A stretch of DNA of 9,575 nt from NCBI GenBank assembly GCA_004431415.1, contig QPMI01000388.1, positions 1 to 9,575 on the forward strand, read 5' to 3'. The DNA is from Cyanophora paradoxa CCMP329. Lineage: Eukaryota > Plantae > Glaucophyta. The notes under the pieces are model-generated. The model saw nothing but the letters and a program-made list of their open reading frames with translations. It was not told the DNA's origin and ran no database searches. The position numbers were made by a program, and so were the translations under genes. Positions 1 to 8,500 of this stretch are shown one piece after another. Each line of letters opens with the position of its first letter. Within the stretch, counting starts at the first letter, position 1.

Positions 1-537
1 AATTTTCGAACAATAACAATTGTGGAAATCGTGATCGAATTGATTAATTGGAACAAATTTAAAGATTGATTTTGTATGACATCGATTTCATTGACATGTA
101 CAACGTTGCCGTAATATACGTACCCTGCAAGGTCATGCAAACGTACCCTGCAATTGCAACTGCGCCGGCGCCAATCTTAATAATATTAATATATATTGCC
201 CGGCCTTTAATTTGCCCGGAGCGAATTCGAAGTCGCCTCGTGTTGTTCACCCGGTCGCGTGATCATGAGGCCCGGTGAGGCCCGGGCCGTCGTGACTTTT
301 CGCAAGGCCGGACGCGTCGATCATCGCTCCGTTAGAACGACATACGAGCGGCGCGCGCTCATGATCATGCGCGCACGGAATATGCACTAACTAAACATGC
401 ATCATGTCTGTGCTCTCGCACGGAGCGCTAGCCAGAGCCGCCCGGCTCTCGCGCACACCCCACGCGCAGAAAGTGCCGATCGAATTTGGAATGAATATCT
501 GTATAAATGTGCTTCAAACATGCGGGCGCGGACGGGG

Positions 538-2191
538 CTATTGGGCGCGGAAGCGGGCATAGGCCTGCTTCTTGGCGTAGAGGGGGTCGAGGGCCTTCTC
601 GAGGAAGTCGTTGTACTGGAGCTTGCCGAGGCCCTGGGCGTCGTAGCGGCCCATCAGCGCCAGCATGTCGTCCACCGACTTCACCGACACCCCGTACTCG
701 TCCAGCGACTTTTGGAACTCTGCCCCCCGCCCCGCCCCGTCACCACCAGCCCTCGCGCCCGCCGGGCGGGGGGTGGGGGGCGCGCGCACCCTCCATGGTG
801 ACCGTGCCGGTGGCGTCGCTGTCGTACTGCTTGAAGACACGCCGCAGCTCGAACATGCCCCCCGTCGACCGCACCGAGAGCCGCTCCCGGATGATCTGCC
901 CGCCGCCGCGTCAGGCCCCGGGAGAGAGCAAAAGGAAGGAAAAGGAAGTGGAGGCGGGGGCGGGGCGCACGTGCTCGAGGTTGTCGATGTGAGCGGCGCC
1001 GGCGCGCTTCTGGGCGCGGGCGTAGGCCTCAAGGCGCTGCTGCGGCTCCAGGTCGCGCAGCACGGAGGGCGTGTCCAGCGCAATCGGCTCCGGCGGCTTC
1101 ACGTGCGGCACGTAGTTCTCCGTGTACGTCGACGTGAACGTGTTCGAGAACCACGTGCGGTCGCCCTGCCACACCGACGACATGTTCCGGATGCGGTTCT
1201 TGTTCCCCTTCAGCTTGGGGTTCTCCTCCAGCGTCTGCGCCAGGTGCCTGTACACGCCCGTGACGTCTGTCCGGTACTCCATCCGCTGCGCCGACGAGTT
1301 CACGAGCGGCGGGTCCGGCACGCGGATCGCCTGCGCGCCGCCCCCGTCAGCGGGTGCCCGGGCCGCCGGGACCGGGCGGGGCCGGACCGGGTGGAAGGGG
1401 TTGACGGGCGGCTCCTCGAAGCGCTGCTCGGGGGTGAAGCCGCCGTAGCCCGGGATGTGCAGCCGCGACGGCTGGTACCGCCCTGTCTCGATCGCCTGCG
1501 CCGCGAGGAGCGCCCCTTCAGCCGCCGCGCCGGAGGCAGCGGGAGCCGGGGGTGGCGGACCTGGGTGACGGTGCGGGTGACGCCGGGATAGGAGCCGTCG
1601 GCGCTGAGCCTGCCGGAGACGGAGGCGTTGAAGCCCTGCGAGGTCGCCGGCCGCCCCGGCACCGACGTCGAGCTCGGCCGCATGCCCACCCCCGAGGTCA
1701 TCGGGCCTGCGCCGCCGGCTTAGCTGCCGGCCGCCCCCTGGCCCCGGGGCGTCGCCGCTCACGGATATAATGGTGCGGGTTCTCAATCGCCTGCCTGGAG
1801 GCCTGACCAAAGGACTTGGAGTGGAGCTGCCGAGGAACCAAGATTAGCATCAAGGGCCGGCACCGCCGCCGACCGATCCAGTCGGACCTGTGAGATACCG
1901 GGGATGTGTCCAGTGAATCTGAGGCAAGGAATCAGCGGAATTCGCGCGGTCACACCGCTGAGGGCCAGCTGACAGCGCACCCAGGAATGTGAGCACTTGT
2001 CGGCGGCTTGTATGTTCCTGAAAGAAAAACATGTCATCTTCTGCTGTTCTCAACGCCCTGGCGGCCAGACCGCTCTAAACTTGGCGCCTGCCACCTCACG
2101 GCGTCTGGCTGTCTAGAGGCCGGGCGCTGCAGGCGGCACAGCCAGCCTCACCTTTGAGGCTTTCATAGCGACTGTAGTCGTAGGTGTCCAT
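538..2191 (-). CDS. EF-hand protein with N-terminal IPG(F/Y)xG motifs, putative ciliary microtubule-inner-protein-like (357 aa, 9 exons)
   Basis: Manual splicing: complement(join 2152-2191, 1981-2017, 1888-1918, 1763-1826, 1561-1706, 1388-1495, 971-1330, 790-895, 538-719) = 1074 nt. All 8 introns are GT-AG and phase-consistent, from GCCATG to TAG. Protein: MDTYDYSRYESLKGTYKPPTSAHIPGFTGHIPGISQLHSKSFGQASRQAIE...LHIPGYGGFTP...SSVWQGDRTWFSNTFTSTYTENY...FELRRVFKQYDSDATGTVTMEEFQKSL...MGRYDAQGLGKLQYNDFL. DSDATGTVTMEE is a canonical EF-hand loop; the second loop is degenerate. The ciliary role is inferred from motif resemblance. Confidence 0.85.
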
Positions 2192-2518
2192 GGCGGAGTG
2201 CTGGGAGGGAGCCAGTCGGCTGAGCTCGGCTAGGTCCAAGTTTATCTAGCTACGAGGCTCTCCGGATCGCAGGGCTGCTCCTTTCTTGCTTCTCGGGTTG
2301 TTTGTCGCGTTGTGTGTTGTCCAGGACGCTCGGCGAGGCTCGCGTCGGCGTCCCTGTGGAGTGACTGTTACGCTTCTGAGAATTCTGAGAATAGCTACTT
2401 ACGCCATACCCCAGGAAACAAACCAAAGGTACCCCTCGACGAGACGTGCAGATCATCACCCGCTCTGCTAGCAGCCAGAGCAGCGCTATAGCTAGGTCAG
2501 TTCCGCACGTGCGACGTA
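2192..2518. promoter_or_regulatory. Putative bidirectional promoter / 5' UTR region (327 bp)
   Basis: Lies between the divergent start codons at 2191 (-) and 2519 (+), with lower GC than the gene bodies. Positional inference only. Confidence 0.5.
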
Positions 2519-3582
2519 ATGGCCAGCTCGACGGCGCTCGTCGAGGCCCGGCGCTTCGTGCAGGCTGAGATGGGATCACACGATCCGGGGCATGACTACG
2601 CCCACGTTCTGCGAGTCGTCGCAAACGTGCGCGCCCGCCACACTTTCTAGCTCCATCGTTCTAGCTTGCTTGTGTTGTAAATGCGCAAACGTGCCGTTAA
2701 CCAGGCGCTGGCCATAGCTAAGGCCGAAGGATTGCCAGAGGACCGTCTTGAGGTTGTCGAGATGGCGGGTGCGGGCGCCGGCCGGCCGACGTACGCCGTG
2801 GGCTGATTGCCGGGCGCCGCCAGCGCTGCTCCACGACGTCAAGGACCTGAAGTTCTCCGGGCGGGAGGGAGCGACGGCGGACGCTGTGGCGGCCTTCCTG
2901 CGCTCCATCGAGTACCCGGAGGAGAAGGCGCGGGACGTGCAGCGCATCGTGGCCGGCGTCTCGTTCCGGGACGAGCTGCGGGGCGGCGGGGCGGGCGTGG
3001 AGCTCCCGCTCGAGCTCCGCTGTGTGCAGGACGCCGACCGCCTCGACGCCATCGGCGCCATCGGTGCGCCGCCGCGGCGCCCCGGACACCCGGCGCCGCT
3101 CCGTCCTAGATCCGCCGCCCGCCTGTGACCGTCGGACGGCCCGATGCGCGCAGGCATCGCGCGCTGCTTCAGCTACGGCGCCCTCAAGTGCGGCCCGCGC
3201 CCTGCCGCGCCGCGCCGCGCCGCGCCCCGGGCCGGCTCCGCCCGGGCCGACGGCGGCGGGCAGGAAGCGCCCCTTCTACGACGAGGCGGTGGCGCCGCGG
3301 GAGGCGCTGACGCGGGAGGAGTACACGCGGGCGGACGCGGCCGCCCCGACCCTCAACCACTTCCCCGAGAAGCTCCTCAAGCTCAAGGCAGGCCCCTCGC
3401 CGGCCCCGCGCCCCGCCGCGCCGCGCTGGCCTCACGGGGGGCGTGGGCGTGCGGGGGGGCAGGGGATGATGAAGACGGCGGCGGGGCGGGCGATGGCGGA
3501 GGAGAGGCATGCCTTCATGCTCGCCTTCCTCGCACAGTTCGACGCCGAGCGCCGCCCCGCCCCCCCCGCCCCGCCCCGATAG
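2519..3582 (+). CDS. HD-domain metal-dependent phosphohydrolase, YedJ/YpgQ-like (229 aa, 6 exons)
   Basis: join 2519-2626, 2705-2768, 2824-3063, 3154-3187, 3264-3387, 3463-3582 = 690 nt. Motifs [41 protein letters not shown] and TLNHFPEKLLKLKGMMKTAAGRAMAEERHAFMLAFLAQF match this family, with the H...HD...D metal ligands intact. The last intron (3388-3462) is GC-AG. Confidence 0.92.
3388..3462 (+). other. GC-AG intron (75 nt) in HD gene
   Basis: AAG|GCAGGC...CTCAC...GGCAG|GGG. Removal restores the contiguous family motif KLLKLK-GMMKT. No GT lies near the required boundary. Confidence 0.8.
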
Positions 3583-3695
3583 GCCCCGCCCGATAGCGCC
3601 CGCCCCCCGGCCCGGCCCGGTCGAGCCGTCGGCGGGCCGGTCGTAGTAGTTAGCTACAGTTTTCTGTTTTCTCAGAGACTAGACTGTAATTATTA

Positions 3696-3823
3696 TAACC
3701 AACAACAAGCATGCTGTAACCAACAACAGGGGTCAAGGCAAGCGTCACTGCAATGCGTCAAGCTAAGGCACAATGTAACCAACAATGCGTACGCGTGAAG
3801 GCAGACTGTAACCAACAACAGGG
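3696..3823 (+). repeat. Four dispersed TAACCAACAA direct repeats in the convergent 3' intergenic region
   Basis: Copies at 3696, 3717, 3776 and 3809. An 18-nt CTGTAACCAACAACAGGG occurs at 3714-3731 and 3806-3823. Confidence 0.85.
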
Positions 3824-3825
3824 TT

Positions 3826-4982
3826 TCACCACTCGGCGGTCGGCGGGGCGCGGGGGCCGGCCGCGTGCACGTGCGGCTCGCGCGCGCACCCGCACGCCGG
3901 GCCGGCCAGACCGTGCTTTCGCGCGAGCTCGGAGATCTGAGGGCGATGACTCAGTGAGGCGGTGGCCGAGGGCGCACGAGGCTGGTGACGGGCGCACCTC
4001 GAGGAGGAGGCGGCGGCGCACGAGGGCCGACTCGACGCCGAGCTCGCCCCGCAGGTCGGCGTCGGTGAGGGTCAGCAGGAGCTTGCCGTCCACCGCGCAG
4101 GCCTCGAACGCCGGCGTCAGGCGGCCCAGGTCCACGGAGCAGAGCCACTCGCAGACGTCCAGCACCCCCATGCCCCGCGGGTCCCGCCCCGCTGCGGGCA
4201 CACCTCTTGCGGGCTTCTCCCCCGCGAGGCGGGGGGCGGCGGGCGGGGCAGGCCCCGCGGGCTCCGAGCGGGGGCTGGGAGGGGGCGACGGGGGCGGGGC
4301 CGGGGGCGCCGGGAGGGAGCGGAGGTACTCGAGGGCCTCCCTCCCCGACTGGCGCGTGTACGCGGGCATCGCCGCCAGCGGGTTGTACCCCAGGTCGAGG
4401 TCCCGCAGCGCCGGCAGCCGCCCGAGCTCCGCCGGCAGCGCCGCCAGCTGGTTGTTGGCCACCCAGAGCTCCTTCAGGCGCGCCAGGCGCCCGAGCTCGG
4501 GCGGCAGCGCGGTGAGCCTGTTGCTGTACGCGTGAAGCTGCTCGAGGCTGGCGAGCCGCCCGACCTCGCGCGGCAGCGCCGGGAGCTCGTTGTTGCTCAG
4601 GACGAGGTGCTTCAGGCCCGTCAGGCGCCCGATCTCCGGCGGGAGCGACGTCAGCTGGTTGCTCTTCAGGAAGAGGACTTGCAGGTTGGCGAGCTGGCCG
4701 ATCGCTGGGGGCAGCCCCCGCAGGATGTTGCCGCCGAGGAAGAGCTTCTCGAGGCTCGTCAGCTTCGCGAGCTCGGCCCCGGGAATAGACCTGCCTCCTC
4801 GCGTCGGCACGGCGGGCCCGAGGAGCGCGCGCGTGCCTGGCGGACTCGAGGCGGTTGTTGCTCAGGTAGAGCTCGCGGATGTTGGCGGGCCCCGCCCGCG
4901 CGATCTCGGCGAGCGGCCACTTGTCCCGCCTCTCCTCGTCCAGGTCCAGCGTCGCCGCGCTCGCGATCCAGCCCTTCCCCAT
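3826..4982 (-). CDS. Leucine-rich repeat protein with C-terminal SAM domain (about 346 aa, 3 exons)
   Basis: complement(join 4846-4982, 3998-4790, 3826-3936), with GT-AG introns 4791-4845 and 3937-3997. Seven 23-aa LRRs (LxxLxLxxNxLxxLPxEIGxL), a C-cap MPAYTRQSGREALEYLRSL, a Pro-rich linker, then a SAM-like segment DVCEWLCSVDLGRLTPAFEACAVDGKLLLTLTDADLRGELGVESALVRRRLLLEISEL. The exact C-terminus is less certain. Confidence 0.88.
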
Positions 4983-5518
4983 CGCGCTCCGGCCTGCGCC
5001 GCGTCATTCCCGAGCGACGTCACGCCAGCCGCGGCTGAGGCACAGAGGACTGGCCTCCGCTGAGGCTCGCAGGGCGCTTTTTGCTGTGAAAAGACGCACG
5101 GTGTGGCGGCGCGCGCGGTGACAGTAGCTTCGGCGCTGGGTGACAGGGCTTCGGGCGGCGGGCTGCGGGGGTGCGCGCGCGAGCGGTCAGCAGTGAGCTC
5201 GACCGGCCACCATTCCGGGGCCAAGCGATGTCGCGATGAACGCACTATGATAGCCGCAGCTGCTCGGAATCGAGAAATGAACTCCTGACTGCCGGACGGC
5301 GAGTCAGCTGAGCAGCTGACTGGGTTGTCCGTTTCAAGGCTCTTCGGGCGCGATGGTATGTGGCACAAGCAAGACTGTCGCGCGCACCTGCGGGCGGTCT
5401 TCCTTCAGAGCGTCGCCGCTTTGCGGGAGGGGGGTGAGAGGCGGGGGGGGGTATCGCAGCAATCAAGAGCGCAACCCGGAATTTCGATACTTCAGTTGGC
5501 AGCTGCGGTGCCGCGGCC
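4983..5518. promoter_or_regulatory. Putative bidirectional promoter / 5' UTR region (536 bp)
   Basis: Lies between the divergent start codons at 4982 (-) and 5519 (+). Contains palindromes at 5026-5037 and 5302-5321. Confidence 0.45.
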
Positions 5519-8500
5519 ATGGTGCGTGTGTCACGTTGATCGCTTCTGAGCGCTCTCGGCTGCTTAGCTACACGTTGGACCCGCGCTCCCAATCTAGCCA
5601 GGGACGACCAGCCCTCTCATCCGCTGCTCGCGGCGCTTCCTGTAGCTAGCTCCACTCGTAGAGCCAGCCATAGCTTCCCACGCGCTGACCCTGCTGACTT
5701 CGCTGATCCCAGGGCGGAGGCGCGAGCAAGAAAGCCCAGGCGCAGGCACAGCATCAGGCTGCTGCGCGCCCGACGGCAGCCGCGGGGGCGAGGCCGCAGA
5801 GCCGGGCGGGGCGCGGGGCGCCCTCGCCGATGCCGGCGCGGCCGACCTCGACGACGCCGGGGCCGGATTCCATCCGCCGGCGCGTCATCTTCGAGACGGG
5901 CTCCATGGGCCTCGGTGCGCCGCCGCCCGCCCCGCGCCGCCGCCCGCTCACGCGCCGCAGACGACATCTTCGCCCTCTTCTACCTCGTCAACAACCCGCT
6001 GGTGCGCGCCGCCGGCCGGCCCCCGCGCTCTGCCGCGCGGGCGCGAGCGGGGGGCCGGGGCGGGGCGCAGATCGACCTGCGGCTGGTGGTGCTGACGGAG
6101 CCGGCGGCGGCGGAGGCGAGCGATCTGACCGTCGGCCTCGTCCAGCGCCTCCTCTGCTTCCTCAAGCGCCCCTCCATCCCCGTCGCCGTCGGCAGCAACG
6201 CGCCCCTCGCCGGCGACGCCCCCGGCGGCGCCCCCGCCGAGGCCGAGCCCAGCGTGCAGACGCTCCGCGACGGCACCGCCTCCATCGAGGAGCTTAAGCG
6301 GCCCGCCCCGACCCGCCCCGCCCCCCCGCCCCCCGCCAGCGGGGCCTCTGAGACGTGCGCCGGCAGGCTGTACGGGAGCCTGCCGCGGAGCAAGGACGCG
6401 GCGCGGGTGGCGGCGGGGCGCAAGGCGGTCGCCGAGGCGTACGTGCAGGCCCTCCTCGCCCCGGGCCAGGCCTCCCTCCTCATCGTCAAGGCCCGCCCCG
6501 CCCCGCCCCGCCCCGCCCCGCCCCGCCCCGCCCACCAGGGCGTTCGCCTCAACGGGGCGGGCGGGGCGCAGGCGCCGACGTCGAACGTGCGGGCGGCGGT
6601 GCAGCGGGACGGGACGTGCCGGTCGCGGATCGAGCGGCTCTTCAACGTGACGTGCCGCACGCGGGTGCCCATCACGGGGGGCCTGCGGCAGGCCCTCCGC
6701 CAGCACGCCGACACCCCCGACGCCTTTTTCCTCTGGGACCTCCTCCAGGCGCCCCCGTACCCCCCGCCCCCGGGCCCGGGGGCCCGGCTGACTGCGCCGC
6801 AGAACACGTTCGCGGTGCGGGAGGGCGCATCCTTCCACGCCACACTCTGCGCCGGTGCCCCGCCCCGCCCCGCCCGCCCCCGCCCCCGCCCCGCCCCCGC
6901 CCCGCCCCCGCCCCGCCCCGCTGGGCTGCGAGGGCCGACCGGCGTGCGCCCCAGTCTCCATCCTGCACCCGGACATCCTCTCCGTCCAGGCGCCCCGCCC
7001 CCAACACGGTGCCCCGCCCTCCTCCCCGCCTCCCAACCCCGCCCGGCTGATCTCTCCACCCGCAGAAAGGGGACGCGTTCGGGACGCCGCGGCCGGCGCC
7101 CGAGTCCGACCCCGTCGCCCCCGTGCGCAGCCCCCGCCGGCCCCGCCCCCGCTCCCGGCGCCGGGCGCCGGGCTCAGGCGGGGGCGGGCAGCCCGGGCGG
7201 CGGCGGTGCTGCTGCAGGTCTCCGACGACGACTTCGCCGCCGTCCTCGTCCGCGAGTTCGCCGGCCGCACCGCCGACGGCCCCGGCGCCGGCCCCGGCGC
7301 CCCGCGGCCGCCCTCCCCGCCGCCCTCCGCCGCCCCGTCATCTTCGACTGCGGCTGCGGTGCCCGCCCCTCAGCTCCTCGCCCCCTCTCCTCCGGCCGCG
7401 CCCCGCCCCGACGCCGCGCCCCGCCCCGCCCCGCCCCGCAGGGGTGGAGGACGTGGCGGCGCTGCTGTACGCGGCGCAGTGCCCCAAGCTCGACCTCCGC
7501 GCCGTCGTCACCCACGGCGCCGGGCCCCTCTCCGGTGCCCGGGCGACGCGCGCCGCCCCGCCCGGCCCAGCCCCGGGGGCTAGCCAGCTGAGCGGCGCTG
7601 CGGGGCGCAGGGAAGGTGAACGCGGTGCGGCTGCTGAAGCTGATGGCGGGCCTCGGGCTGCACCGCGTCCCCGTCGCCGTGGGGTGCACCGAGGCGAGCA
7701 CGCCGGTGGGGCGGGGCCACCGGCGGGCGATCCCCGCGGAGCACCGCCAGCGCCTCGACGCCATGTGGTGGGCCATCGAGGAGCTCCTCCCCAAGGCCCG
7801 CCCCGCCCCGCCCCCGCCCCCGCACCCGCCTCGCCGGTCCCTCACGCGGGACCGGGACAGTTCTGGGGCTCTGTGGACCCCCGCCACGGCGTAGACCTCC
7901 TCATCCAGGCGCGCCCGGCCTCCTCGTCCTTTCCCTCCCCCACCCCCGTGCGCCGGCTAAGCCTGCGCCGCAGCGGATCGAGGAGGCGCGGCCGGCGCGG
8001 GTCTCCATCTGCTGCCTCAATGGCGTCACCAACGTCGCCGCAGCCATCGCCAAGGCACGGCCCCGCATTCCCCCTCCCTCATCCTCGTGGGCGCCGGCCT
8101 GAGGCGCGGGGCCCCGCAGCGGCCGGCGATCCTGCCCCAGATCGAGCGCGTCGTCGCCGCCGCCGGCGCCCTCCACAGTCCGCTCCCCTCCCCCCTCCCC
8201 CCGGGGTAAAGCGTTGAGGCGCTGAGGCGGCGGGGCGCAGCGGAGGGCGACGTGCGGGAGGTCGTGCCCGAGAACCGCCGCGCCGAGTGGACCGGTAACC
8301 CCCGCGCCCCCAGCCTCCCTCGCGCCCCCTCGCAGTTGTCCAACTCTGGCCTCTCCCCGCGCAGTGTACTCGGACCCCGGGGCGTTCGAGGCGGTGCTGC
8401 GGGCGGGGGTGCCGCTGACGCTGGTGCCGCTGGACGCGACGCTGCCGGGGCCCGACCGCGAGGCCCCGCTCCTCGACCGCCTCCGCGCCGCCCTCAAGCA

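Noticed and set aside
59-278. Short ORFs 59-250 (-) and 66-278 (+)
   Set aside because: They use AT-rich codons unlike the real genes and contain no recognisable motif.
2374-2391. TTCTGAGAA x2 as a heat-shock element
   Set aside because: The spacing does not fit nGAAnnTTCn; it is probably a 9-bp micro-duplication.
3696-3823. CRISPR-like repeat-spacer array
   Set aside because: The repeats are only 10-18 nt with irregular spacing (21, 59, 33), the context is eukaryotic, and no cas genes are present.
4190-4320. Hidden intron in the Pro-rich linker of the LRR-SAM gene
   Set aside because: The frame is open, and no convincing donor or branch motif was found; it is kept as a coding linker pending RNA data.
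2519-4982. Split SAMHD1-like gene (HD next to SAM)
   Set aside because: The genes are on opposite strands, and the HD protein is the small YedJ/YpgQ type rather than the SAMHD1/dGTPase type.
5915-7441. Shared intron position between the two NH domains
   Set aside because: Both phase-1 introns fall near the DD motif but are offset by two codons relative to it, so they do not demonstrate a recent duplication.
7796-8119. Introner elements (three consecutive 65-nt GC-AG introns)
   Set aside because: The lengths are equal, but there is no alignable sequence beyond low-complexity C-runs, and no consistent terminal inverted repeats are visible.
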